64,000 bases of DNA from Pseudomonadota bacterium (GTDB taxonomy: Bacteria; Myxococcota_A; UBA796; GCA-2862545): positions 25,337-89,336 of the forward strand of contig SXOB01000072.1 of assembly GCA_005776945.1 (NCBI GenBank), given 5' to 3'. The notes below the pieces were generated by a model. It ran no database searches and had not been told where the DNA came from. It saw only the letters and a program-made list of their open reading frames with translations. Of this stretch, positions 24,240 to 33,064 are shown in pieces. The number at the start of each line of letters is the position of its first letter. Positions within the stretch are counted from its first letter, which is position 1. The position numbers and the translations under genes were made by a program.

Positions 24240-26998
24240 GCCTCACCACCTTCCGTCGTCGAACCGTCCACGTCGGGCAGCTCGGCCCTCACGGTGAACG
24301 CGCAGATCCTGCGTTGATCGCACCAAGCGCAGTACGGACGGGCGTCGCGCCACGGTCCATCGAACGGCTCCTTCGACAGGATCTCCGCGACTGCACCGAC
24401 CAGCGTGCCATCCTCGGCCTTGCCGATCGCCGCGACCACGCCCGAGCGGACGACGTCCTCCCACCACGTCCATGCACGCTCCGCGTCCAGGAACGCCTCA
24501 CCCAACGGCGGACCCGGCACATGCCACGAGGGTGCGGGGAAGGCGTCCGGGTCCGCAGACAACAAGCGTCCGTCTTCGACGATGAAGTAGGCACCGCGCG
24601 CGAGGCGTCCTTCCGTCCCGAAACCCTGTGCGTAGACAGCGAGTTGGAGGGCCGTGCCGGACCGTAGCTTTCCATCCGGCCGCCCCCCGCCGAGCTTGAT
24701 GTCGATGACGGCCCGGGCCCCGTCGGCGCGGGCAACGACCAAGTCCGCTCGCCCCGACGTCTCGTGTCCAGCGAAGCGCCCACTGAACGACGCCTCGGCC
24801 TCGAGCACCGGCCACCAGCCGCCCGCGCGGAGCGCCCGCACCAGTGCCGGAGCCGCGTCGACGATGTGGCGCCGCGTGCGCGCGAGCGTCGCGGCGTTGC
24901 CGGGTAGAACCAGCGTCGCGGCCTCGGCACCGACCCGAGCGTCGAACGCGACCTCCACACGCCGTGCGGCCTCTTCCGGCGTGAGCGAGTCGAACGCCAC
25001 GTCATTCGGGTACAGCACCAGCTCTTGGAGGAGGAGGTGCGCAAACGCTCCAATCGCCGCTCGCTCGTCTGAGCGACGGGATGCCGCTCCCGGTGTGAGT
25101 CCCGCGCCGTTCTGGAAGGTCCACTGCAGCGGACACTCCAGCATCTTCTCGATGCTCGTCGCCGAGAGCGCACGCCGGACCGTCACCGCACCTTCGGGGA
25201 GCGTCCAGACGACCGCCGGCTCCCGTGACGGCAGCTCGTTCACCGTGGACGAAGGCACGCCCGATCCGGGGACGCGGAGCGCACGAGCCTCGACCTTGCA
25301 CGCGGTCATCGAGGCTGGCCCCACCGCCGCGCGCCACGCATCGAACATTGGATGAGGCTCGGCGGCGTCGGTTCCGTTGTTGCGCCACATCACGGCCAGG
25401 AAGCGTTCCCTGGCCGTCAGCACCGGCCACAACCACCTCCGGTGCTCCGAGAGGCGACGTGCTCCAGCGTCCAGCAAACCGCACCCGGCCTCGACCAGCG
25501 CTGTCCGCTCGGCGGCCGTCCACGCCTCGTCCGGCCCGAGCTCGGCCACGCCGGCCACGGCCCCCCACCACGCCACGTCTCGCGACCCGACCGGCAGGCC
25601 TGCCGGATCGCAGGATGCAGGCGGGGCACTTGCCTCTGCGCCGTCACGGGGGCGGCCCGGGGCTGCGACCAGTTCGAAGAGCTGGCGCACCTCCAGGCGA
25701 CCCAGGGTCTGCTCGGGCGGCAGGCGGCCGAGCACGATCACGAGATCGCGGGCGACGCGGGCCGCGACCGCGAGGTCTTCCGCTTCCTCACCTCCCATCC
25801 GCGCCCGCCCTTCAGACCAGGCCGCGATCTCGGAGGCGATGGCCGCGACTCGGGGCACGGCGACCCGCTCGCTCCGGTCGAGGTGCAGCTCCGGGAAGAG
25901 CAGCGTGACGCGACGGCGCTGGTCCGTGCAGGTCGACTCCTCCACACGGGCGCTCGCCAGAAGGCCGACACCCTCATCAAGCGCCTGGCCCCAGGCCTCG
26001 TTGCCGATCCCTGGGCGCTGCAGCAGCGCCTTCGACAGGGCACGAGCCAGCTTCGAGCGAATCGGCCTCACAGGAAGGGTGAGCAACTGGTGGGCCACGC
26101 TCGGGTCCTGCGGCCAGAACTGAAGTTCGAGTGCGAGCGGCAGCACCTGCAGGATGGGCCGATGAATGGACCCCTCCGAGAGGCCGAGCGCGGGAAGACC
26201 CTGCCGGCGCCGAGCCTGCTCCAGCACGCTCGGCTCCGAGGACACCACCCAGGCGGGGTCGCGGCCCTCCGCACGCGCGAGCGCAGCCACTGCCTCCGCG
26301 GCCTCCCAGGGCGTGTCTGCCACGAGGATCCGGACTGTGCCGTCGCCGACGAGCGGCTCCGACGGGCGCCGGGTCAAGGCCGCCTGCAGGCGACCCAGAT
26401 CCGTCGTCGACTGGTTCGCGGCCCACTCGACCGTCGTGACCGACACACCCAGGCGTCGAAGCTCTACGAGCACGCTGCGCGTGAGGCCGTCGTGCCCGGC
26501 CTCGTCGCCCTCGACCTGGACCCGCATCGCGAACGGGAGACGCTCCAGCGTGCGCAACCGGTCCAGCACGCGGTGTCCGAGATGGGACTCCCCAGCTGGC
26601 AACCCCGCATCCAGGACCGACAGCGTCACGAGCCGTGGCGTCTCTGCGGGCGCAGAGCCTGTCCATCCAGCGCGGCGCAACCCGTCGACCCGCGTGACCA
26701 TCCAGCCCGCAACACCGAAGCGATCGTTGAGACGTGACGCGGAGAACCAGGACCGAGCATCGTCGAGGCCGTGGAGGAGGCGATCCGCGACCGCCACCCG
26801 CTCCCCCATGGCCGCGGGAACCCAGGGCACCCCAACCACCTTGGCGAGCCGCCGAAGGAAGCCGAGCGCCCCGACGCGCTCACAGCCCAGCGACCCCGCG
26901 CCAGCGGCGAGGCCGGCATGGATCGTGTGGTCGACGTCGTCGGTCGCGGCGAGCGTGATGTCCAACAGCAAGCGATTCACCCGTCGCCCTTTCGGCAC
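24236..26998 (-). CDS. addB: AddB-type nuclease subunit (PD-(D/E)XK domain with an Fe-S Cys cluster; no Walker A seen)
   Basis: C-terminal GRADLVVAR..AVIDIKLGG..LQLAVYA nuclease motif. An ECPLQW Cys plus CAWCDQRRIC (C-x2-C-x5-C) gives the AddB-type four-Cys cluster pattern. Gene order addB then addA, translationally coupled. Confidence 0.8.
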   Translation of the reverse strand: MPKGRRVNRLLLDITLAATDDVDHTIHAGLAAGAGSLGCERVGALGFLRRLAKVVGVPWVPAAMGERVAVADRLLHGLDDARSWFSASRLNDRFGVAGWMVTRVDGLRRAGWTGSAPAETPRLVTLSVLDAGLPAGESHLGHRVLDRLRTLERLPFAMRVQVEGDEAGHDGLTRSVLVELRRLGVSVTTVEWAANQSTTDLGRLQAALTRRPSEPLVGDGTVRILVADTPWEAAEAVAALARAEGRDPAWVVSSEPSVLEQARRRQGLPALGLSEGSIHRPILQVLPLALELQFWPQDPSVAHQLLTLPVRPIRSKLARALSKALLQRPGIGNEAWGQALDEGVGLLASARVEESTCTDQRRRVTLLFPELHLDRSERVAVPRVAAIASEIAAWSEGRARMGGEEAEDLAVAARVARDLVIVLGRLPPEQTLGRLEVRQLFELVAAPGRPRDGAEASAPPASCDPAGLPVGSRDVAWWGAVAGVAELGPDEAWTAAERTALVEAGCGLLDAGARRLSEHRRWLWPVLTARERFLAVMWRNNGTDAAEPHPMFDAWRAAVGPASMTACKVEARALRVPGSGVPSSTVNELPSREPAVVWTLPEGAVTVRRALSATSIEKMLECPLQWTFQNGAGLTPGAASRRSDERAAIGAFAHLLLQELVLYPNDVAFDSLTPEEAARRVEVAFDARVGAEAATLVLPGNAATLARTRRHIVDAAPALVRALRAGGWWPVLEAEASFSGRFAGHETSGRADLVVARADGARAVIDIKLGGGRPDGKLRSGTALQLAVYAQGFGTEGRLARGAYFIVEDGRLLSADPDAFPAPSWHVPGPPLGEAFLDAERAWTWWEDVVRSGVVAAIGKAEDGTLVGAVAEILSKEPFDGPWRDARPYCAWCDQRRICAFTVRAELPDVDGSTTEGGEA

Positions 26999-27172
26999 CG
27001 ATCGTGGAAGGCCCCGCCTGGAGGCTGGCTATTACAGGCGAAGCACACCGGGTCAATGAACCTGGGCGCGCAAGCACTGCCGACGCGCATCGAAGCGTGA
27101 CGGACTTGCCAGATCCTGGCTGCCGGACGGGTGCCGGGCATCCCGCGCCACCCGATCCTTCGAGGCGTGGGT

Positions 27173-28243
27173 TCACGCATCGGCCACCACCAGCGAGCCG
27201 ACGCCCTCAACCTGCTCGCCTGTCTCCTCCGCCGCCGCGCGCTCCAGGTCGACCGCCGTCACCACCCTCCCGTCGCGCGCCGCCCGCATCGCCGCGCGGA
27301 TCACGGCGTTGCGGATCCGCCCCCCCGTGAGCGCGTACCGCGAAGCGAGCCTGCGGAGGTCGAGTGCCACACCGCCGGTCGCTTCGGGCGTCAGCAGGCG
27401 CGACCAGATGGCCGCGCGTGACGTCTCGTCCGGCTCGACGAACGCGACCGACCACCCGACGCGCCGGTCGAGCGCTGGGTCGAGCACCGCCGGACGGTTC
27501 GTGCACAGCAGGACCACGCCCTCGTGTCGGTCGATGAGGTCGAGCAAGGTGTTGACCAGCCCGTCGTCGTGGCGCGACGCGCGCGCCGCTCCGCGCTCCA
27601 TGAGCAGCGTGTCGACCTCGTCGAGCACGATCACCGCCTCCGCGGTCGTCGCCTCGTTGAACGCCGCCGTGAGCGCACGCTCCGCCTCACCCACCCACTT
27701 CGAGAGCACCGAGGGCAGCGTCACGCGCAGCAGCGGTCGGCCCAGCTCGCCGGCGATCGCCTCCGCGCACAGCGTCTTGCCGGTGCCCGGAGGGCCGTGG
27801 AACAGACCGACGGTCCCCCGGCCGCCGGACTGCTTCGCAGCGACGCCCCAGCGCTCGAACACCGTGCGTCCAGCAGCCGCTGCTTGGACGAGCTCATCGA
27901 CCTGGCGGCGCGCCCGAACGGGCAGGGCCACGTCCGCAAGGGTCGCCCTGGCCTCCGACAGCCGGGACACGCCGACCTCGGCCCCAGGCCGACGGCACTG
28001 ATCGCGCGCCGCGCGATCGAGATGGGCCTGGCGCAGCATGGGCATCGTCGCGTCTTCGGCGACCGCCGCGGCGACGGCGTTGAGCATGGCATTCTTGATG
28101 TAGCCGCCCGCGACGTCGTACCGCCGCGCGAGCGCAGCGACGTCCACGTCCGGGGCGAGCGTCGCCCTGGGCGGGACGTGGAGCCTCCAGATCCCTGTGA
28201 GGATCTGCGCGTACTCGTCGAACACCCTCTGGTTCGCGTCCAT
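27173..28243 (-). CDS. Classical-clade AAA+ ATPase module preceded by an orphan AAA lid fragment
   Basis: GLFHGPPGTGKT, SKWVGEAER, IVLDEVD, LLCTNRPAVLDPALDRR and a lid LDLRRLASRYALTGGRIRNAV. The first 80 aa (LAPDVDVAALARRYDVAGGYIKNAMLNAV) look like the lid of a lost upstream AAA domain. The ATG at 28243 is one possible start, but the frame stays open upstream. Confidence 0.7.
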   Translation of the reverse strand: MDANQRVFDEYAQILTGIWRLHVPPRATLAPDVDVAALARRYDVAGGYIKNAMLNAVAAAVAEDATMPMLRQAHLDRAARDQCRRPGAEVGVSRLSEARATLADVALPVRARRQVDELVQAAAAGRTVFERWGVAAKQSGGRGTVGLFHGPPGTGKTLCAEAIAGELGRPLLRVTLPSVLSKWVGEAERALTAAFNEATTAEAVIVLDEVDTLLMERGAARASRHDDGLVNTLLDLIDRHEGVVLLCTNRPAVLDPALDRRVGWSVAFVEPDETSRAAIWSRLLTPEATGGVALDLRRLASRYALTGGRIRNAVIRAAMRAARDGRVVTAVDLERAAAEETGEQVEGVGSLVVADA

Positions 28244-29143
28244 CTTCACCTGCACAGCGACCCGCTCGTTGTGCCCGGTGGGTGCGAGCGGATCCAGGGC
28301 GGCACCACCCGTGGAAGAGCGCATGAGGACCCCCGCGACGGTCCGCAGCGTGGTTGCCGAGCCGGTGATCGCGGCCAGCGGCGTCCGAAGGTCGTGCGAC
28401 ACCGCAGAGAGAAGGGCAGCGCGCAGCTCCTCGGTTCGGGCCCTCAAGGTCGCCGCCTGGGCGGCGCGGGCCTCGCGGATCCGCTCCGTGGCGATGTACA
28501 CGAGGCGGCTGACCGCATCGTCGTACGCGCTGTCTCCGGGCTCCCGCCGCGCGTCCTCCGCCAACCGGCGGACCTGCGCCTCGTCGTACGCGCCGGCCAG
28601 CGCGCGGGACAAGGTGTACAGCGCAGCCGTGCATCGCTCGCGAAACAGCGCGTCGGCCTCGTGCAACCGGAGTCGCTCTGCGAGCGCGCTGAGCGCGAGC
28701 CCGGCGCCGACCATGACTGCAAACGTGACGAGATGGCGCGTGTCGGCGACCCGAAACGTGTGGAACGGCTCGACGAAAAAGAAGTTGTACGCCGCCACCG
28801 ACAGACCAGCGCCAACAAGTGCCGGTCCGCGGCCGCGCAGGAAAGCGCTGACCGCGATTCCGAGCAAGTACAGCAGCGCGACGTCGGTCGGGGCGAGCCA
28901 GGGCCATGCCAACACCCCGACCACCGAGACGGCGGCGACCAGCGCCAGTGGCCAGCCGTAGCGCCACGGGTCGGCCGGAGCGACACCAGGTTGAGCACCC
29001 GAGCGACCCAATGATGCGTCACCCCCCCGCGTTCGCGAGCGCCGTTGTGGAATTTTCCCGACGAACGTCCCTCCCCCAGGGCCCGGTTGACGAAACAGCA
29101 CGGCCTCGAAGGACTCCGGGGGCTCCGGGGGCCACCGCGTCAT
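28244..29143 (-). pseudogene. Truncated sensor histidine kinase (DUF4118-type membrane domain plus the H-box only), fused in frame to the AAA ORF
   Basis: WPLALVAAVSVVGVLAWPWL..LLYLLGIAVSAF..AAYNFFFVEPFHTF (KdpD-C/DUF4118-like), then LLSAVSHDLRTPLAAITGSATTL. The similarity ends there. There is no HATPase_c domain and no stop before the AAA module. Confidence 0.6.
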
Positions 29144-29269
29144 GAGGTACACGACCCGCGGACATCGCTGGGGTGAAGCACGATCGTCGCCAAGATCGAC
29201 ACGACCCCTCCGAGCGCCTAGCCCACCCGACCCCACGCGCCCGCGGCCCCATGACGTCGACCGCCCGCG

Positions 29270-29971
29270 TTGCCGCGCGGAATGCCACACTGGAATCCCA
29301 TTGGCCACGACGGACGAGCGTGGTGGTTCGAATACAGCTTCTCCAGCGGCGCCTGGGCCACTGCACTGGCGTTTCGGACGCCGGACGGCATTGCCGTCAT
29401 CAGTCCCCCCAAGGTGGACGACCCCACCGTGCTCGATGAGCTCGGAACCCACGGGCCCATCACCGCCCTGATCGCGAACAACGCGTTCCACCACCTGGGC
29501 CAAACCACCTGGCGGGCCCACTTCCCCGCCGCCCAATCCTACGGACCCCCAGGCGGCTTGGCGGCGCTGAAGAAGAAGCACCCCGACATCCCGTGGCGGG
29601 ATGTCGCGGAGTTGACGTTGAACCCGGGATGCTCGATCGCTGACCCGCCGGGATTTCGGACAGGCGAGGTGTTTGCGAGCATCTCCACCGACGCCGGGAC
29701 CGTCTGGTACACCGGCGACCTACTCTCCAACATCCACCGTACACCCGGGCCGCCGGTTCAGTGGCTCTTCACTTGGACGGGATCCGCGCCGGGCTTCAAG
29801 CTGTTCAAGCCTTGCGTTTGGTTCTTCGTCAAGGACCGGCCCGCCCTTCGGGCCTGGTACGAAGCGCGCCTAGCCTCCGACCCGCCTTCGATCATCGTCC
29901 CCGCCCACGGCCCCGCCTACGCGCCCACCAGCCTCGCCGACGAAGTCCGCGACCGCCTCAAGGGCCTCTGA
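29270..29971 (+). CDS. DUF4336-like (metallo-beta-lactamase-fold) protein
   Basis: Protein-like 233-aa ORF (..IAVISPPKVDDPTVLDELGTHGPITALIANNAFHHLGQTTWRAHFPAAQSY..IIVPAHGP..). The family assignment is from memory of the DUF4336 pattern, so confidence is moderate. The start could be the ATG at 29282. Confidence 0.6.
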   Translation: MPRGMPHWNPIGHDGRAWWFEYSFSSGAWATALAFRTPDGIAVISPPKVDDPTVLDELGTHGPITALIANNAFHHLGQTTWRAHFPAAQSYGPPGGLAALKKKHPDIPWRDVAELTLNPGCSIADPPGFRTGEVFASISTDAGTVWYTGDLLSNIHRTPGPPVQWLFTWTGSAPGFKLFKPCVWFFVKDRPALRAWYEARLASDPPSIIVPAHGPAYAPTSLADEVRDRLKGL

Positions 29972-30548
29972 CGCCCGTTCCGAGCCAGCCCGAGCGGACG
30001 GTGTCCGCCACGGACCCCACCTGGTTCGAGCCCGTCGCACCCAACTCCGTCAGGGCCACCAGGCCGATCGCGAGCGCGACGAGCCCAGCGCCCGACGCTT
30101 CGGCGTCGAGCTCCGCGCTGGCCCGCCCCGCCACCTGAGCCGCCCGCAGCTGGCTGGCGAGCAACGCTTCGGCGCCCTTGGCCAACTCGAGAAAGCGCTG
30201 TCGGACGGCAACGTGACGGTGGGCCGCCTCCAACACGAGCCGGAGGTCGCCCGACCCAAGGGCGCCCACTTCCCGCGCAAAGCCCGCAACGGACCGGTCC
30301 AGGTCGCCACCGGCGTCGGCGCTGACGACCACCTGGGCCGTCCATCGGCTCACAATCGCCTCGACGACGGCCACGACGAGGGCCTCCCGATCCCCGAAGT
30401 GAACGTAGAAGGCGCCACGCGTGAACCCGGCGCGCGCGCAGATCGCGTCGAGGCTGGCGCCGTCGACGCCATCGTCCCGAAACGCGTCCACTGCGGCCGC
30501 CAACAGGGCCTCCCGCGTCCGCGCCTTGGTCGTTGCCCGCATTGACAT
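29958..30548 (-). CDS. TetR-family transcriptional regulator
   Basis: Only the last 196 aa of track ORF 29958..31856 are real. MSMRATTKARTREALLAAAVDAFRDDGVDGASLDAICARAGFTRGAFYVHFGDREAL is a canonical TetR HTH N-terminus. The gene is divergent from alkB. Confidence 0.9.
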   Translation of the reverse strand: MSMRATTKARTREALLAAAVDAFRDDGVDGASLDAICARAGFTRGAFYVHFGDREALVVAVVEAIVSRWTAQVVVSADAGGDLDRSVAGFAREVGALGSGDLRLVLEAAHRHVAVRQRFLELAKGAEALLASQLRAAQVAGRASAELDAEASGAGLVALAIGLVALTELGATGSNQVGSVADTVRSGWLGTGVRGP

Positions 30549-30595
30549 ACGGCCCCGTATGTCGTAGTGGTTCACATACCATCCCGTAGGTGAAC
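30545..30595. promoter_or_regulatory. Nested inverted repeats in the tetR-alkB divergent region (candidate TetR operator)
   Basis: ACATAC-ggcccc-GTATGT (30545-30562), a second ACATAC at 30574-30579, and GGTTCAC..N14..GTGAAC (30569-30595), all read directly in the 48-nt gap between the two start codons. Confidence 0.5.
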
Positions 30596-30596
30596 G

Positions 30597-31601
30597 ATGC
30601 TGGACCGCCACGCCCTCGCGCTCGCTCTGCCCGCCTACACTCTGCTGTGGGGAGTGACCGCGCCCCACACTTGGTCGGCGCTCTGGCTCGTGCCCGTCGG
30701 ACTGACCATCGCGTTGGACGTCGTCGCCCGGCCCGACCGCGGCGCGCCCCTGCCGCCGTCGCGCACTCACGACGTGCTCATGCTCGTCCTGGCCGCCGCT
30801 CACATCGCGAATCTCGGGTTCCTGGCCGCCCGCGCGAATTCGCTGACCCCCTTCGAATGGGGCGTAGGCGTCTTCCTCGTAGGCAGCGCATCGGGCTACT
30901 CGGCCATCGTCGTCGCCCACGAACTCGTCCATCGGACCTCGACCGCCGAGCGGTGGCTGGGCCGGGTCCTGCTGACGTCGGTGTTCTACGACCACTTCCA
31001 CATCGAGCACGTCCGCGGCCACCACAAGCGCGTGGCGACGGCCGACGACCCCGCAACCGCGCGCCACGGCGAACCATTTGGCCCCTTCCTGCTGCGCTCC
31101 GTCGTCGGACAGCTCGCCTCCGCCATCGAGCTCGAAGCGCGACGAGGGCGAACCGGCCTCCGCAACGGCGTGCTCCACGGGTTCGTCGCCGCCGCATTCG
31201 CGGCCGCAGTCTTGGGCGCGGTAGGCGGCGGCTCCGCCCTCGCCGCCCACCTCGTGCAGGCAGCCTGGGCGATTACGCTCCTCGAAGCCGTCAACTACAT
31301 CGAGCACTGGGGGCTCTCGCGCGCCGCGTCCCGCGTCTCCGTGCGCGACAGCTTCGACTCCGAAGGTTGGTTCACTCGGTACACACTGATCGGCCTCGCG
31401 CGGCACGCCGACCACCACGCGAACGCGGCAAGGCCCTACCCCGCGCTGAGGTGGGTGGAAGAGAGCCCCAAAATGCCCTGGGGCTACTGGGCTACGGCGT
31501 TGGGTGCGGTGTTCGTCAACGGCGTCGTGCGTCGTCGCCTCGATGCGGAGCTGCGCCGTTGCGGGTTGGGTCCCTACGCCACGCAGGGGACGGCCAGCTA
31601 G
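30597..31601 (+). CDS. alkB: Alkane 1-monooxygenase family membrane hydroxylase
   Basis: All four His boxes are present: HELVHR, EHVRGHH, NYIEHWGL, ARHADHH. Multi-pass membrane N-terminus. No rubredoxin gene is in the window. Confidence 0.85.
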   Translation: MLDRHALALALPAYTLLWGVTAPHTWSALWLVPVGLTIALDVVARPDRGAPLPPSRTHDVLMLVLAAAHIANLGFLAARANSLTPFEWGVGVFLVGSASGYSAIVVAHELVHRTSTAERWLGRVLLTSVFYDHFHIEHVRGHHKRVATADDPATARHGEPFGPFLLRSVVGQLASAIELEARRGRTGLRNGVLHGFVAAAFAAAVLGAVGGGSALAAHLVQAAWAITLLEAVNYIEHWGLSRAASRVSVRDSFDSEGWFTRYTLIGLARHADHHANAARPYPALRWVEESPKMPWGYWATALGAVFVNGVVRRRLDAELRRCGLGPYATQGTAS

Positions 31602-31674
31602 GTTCGTTCGGCGGAGCATACGCGACAACGCAACAACTTGACCGCGCCTGTGGTAGCTGGGGGCGGGAGTTCCC

Positions 31675-32556
31675 ATGCACGACATCCAACGCCGCCCCCT
31701 TCGGCGCCTTCCTGGCCTACTCGTCCTCATCCTGTTGGTTGGCGTCACCCTCGTCACACCACCCTTGGCGATCCTGACCGTCTCTTGGGCCGCGCGCATC
31801 CACCCGATCGCCTCGGTGACCCTTGGCGCGCTTTGGTCCGTCGTCGGCATCCTCATCGCCGTCGGCTACGGCGGATTCCGCATCCTCGAGCCCAACCAGG
31901 CCGCAGTCGGCCTGCTCTTCGGCCGCTACGTCGGCACTCTGGACACCGACGGGTGGTCCTGGATCAACCCGCTCGTCAAGACGACCAAGGTGAGCCTGCG
32001 CCTCACCACCTTCGAGACGCCCCACCTCAAGGTCAACGAAGCGGGCGGGCGCCCGATTGAGATCGGCGCCGTCGTCACGTGGGCCGTCGCTGAACCCGAG
32101 GTCGCCCTGCTCGCCTGCGACAACTTCGCGACCTTCCTCCGCAACCGGACCGAGGTCGCGCTGCGCAAGGTTGCCGCGTCCCACCCCTATGAGGCCGATG
32201 AAGGACAGGACTGCCTCCGCGGCAACACCGCCTCCGTTGGCGCCGAGTTGGCCTCCCACCTCACGGAGGAGGCGAAGAGCGCCGGCGTCGTCGTCCGCGA
32301 CGTCACCATCACCCACCTCGCCTACGCGCCGGAAATCGCGGGCATCATGCTCGTTCGCCAGCAGGCCGAGTCGCTCCTCAGCGCGCGCCGCGTCATCGTC
32401 GAAGGCGCGGTCCGCATCGCTTCCGACGCCATTCGCCAACTCGAGGCCGAGGGGCACGCGATCTCGGACGCCGACAAGGGACGTACCCTGTCCAACCTTC
32501 TGACGGTCCTCGCGAGCGACCGCGGCACGGCCCCGGTCGTCCAGGTCGGCTCGTAG
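31675..32556 (+). CDS. SPFH/band-7 (stomatin/prohibitin-like) membrane protein
   Basis: N-terminal TM helices, then FRILEPNQAAVGLLFGRY..WINPL..VSLR..ETPHLKVNEAGGRPIEIGAVVTW.. and a helical ..IAGIMLVRQQAE.. segment typical of the SPFH domain. Confidence 0.8.
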   Translation: MHDIQRRPLRRLPGLLVLILLVGVTLVTPPLAILTVSWAARIHPIASVTLGALWSVVGILIAVGYGGFRILEPNQAAVGLLFGRYVGTLDTDGWSWINPLVKTTKVSLRLTTFETPHLKVNEAGGRPIEIGAVVTWAVAEPEVALLACDNFATFLRNRTEVALRKVAASHPYEADEGQDCLRGNTASVGAELASHLTEEAKSAGVVVRDVTITHLAYAPEIAGIMLVRQQAESLLSARRVIVEGAVRIASDAIRQLEAEGHAISDADKGRTLSNLLTVLASDRGTAPVVQVGS

Positions 32557-32562
32557 CGGACC

Positions 32563-33024
32563 CTACCAGGACGCCGCGAAGGCGCCCTCGGTAAAGGCGA
32601 CCTTTCCGTCGGACCGGCCCGCCTCGAAGGCGAAGCAGCCGGAGACGGAGACGTCGTCCGACGCCTCGATCGAGAACGTCCCCGGCGCGCCCTCGGCGCT
32701 CGCGTAGGACGACCCCGAGGCAGGAAAGACCGTTGCGAACGCGCCGTCGACGCCGTCGAAAACCACGCCCTCGACCGGGTACTCTCCGGCGTCGAGCGCC
32801 TCACGCATCGGGCGACCCGTCCCGTCGACCTGCATCACCAGCGTGAACCGGAGCGCCCCGTCGCCGGTCGTCACGAGTTGGAGTCCGTCGCCCGCGAAGT
32901 TCGCCGACGTGACGCCCCCGTCCCACGCGGCACCGTCCACGGTCGCCGTCGACGTCCCCACCGTGAGGTCCTCCCACAGGCACGTGCTCCCGCCACAACC
33001 GACCAGCGCCAGCAGCCACGCCAT
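32563..33024 (-). CDS. Small lipoprotein, function unknown
   Basis: ATG at 33024 gives MAWLLALVGCGG (lipobox), followed by an all-beta-looking 140-aa domain. The upstream part of the track ORF is rejected. Confidence 0.65.
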   Translation of the reverse strand: MAWLLALVGCGGSTCLWEDLTVGTSTATVDGAAWDGGVTSANFAGDGLQLVTTGDGALRFTLVMQVDGTGRPMREALDAGEYPVEGVVFDGVDGAFATVFPASGSSYASAEGAPGTFSIEASDDVSVSGCFAFEAGRSDGKVAFTEGAFAASW

Positions 33025-33064
33025 CGTTCCCCCGGATCCCGCCCCTAACGGAGCGCTTGCCCGA

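Noticed and set aside
20946-26998. The helicase-nuclease pair next to a recombinase remnant, considered as a candidate anti-phage defence system (Gabija- or Hachiman-like)
   Set aside because: The pair has the full AddA (UvrD motifs plus a RecB nuclease) and AddB (nuclease plus a C...CxxCx5C Fe-S cluster) signatures, in the usual addB-addA coupled order. A housekeeping double-strand-break repair enzyme is the simpler reading. Its position beside the element scar is best explained by deletion of the element.
29144-29581. The N-terminal 146 aa of the 802-aa track ORF 27173..29581
   Set aside because: It is Gly/Arg-rich, and it overlaps the convincing plus-strand DUF4336-like gene starting at 29270. 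The kinase-like sequence only begins after the ATG at 29143.
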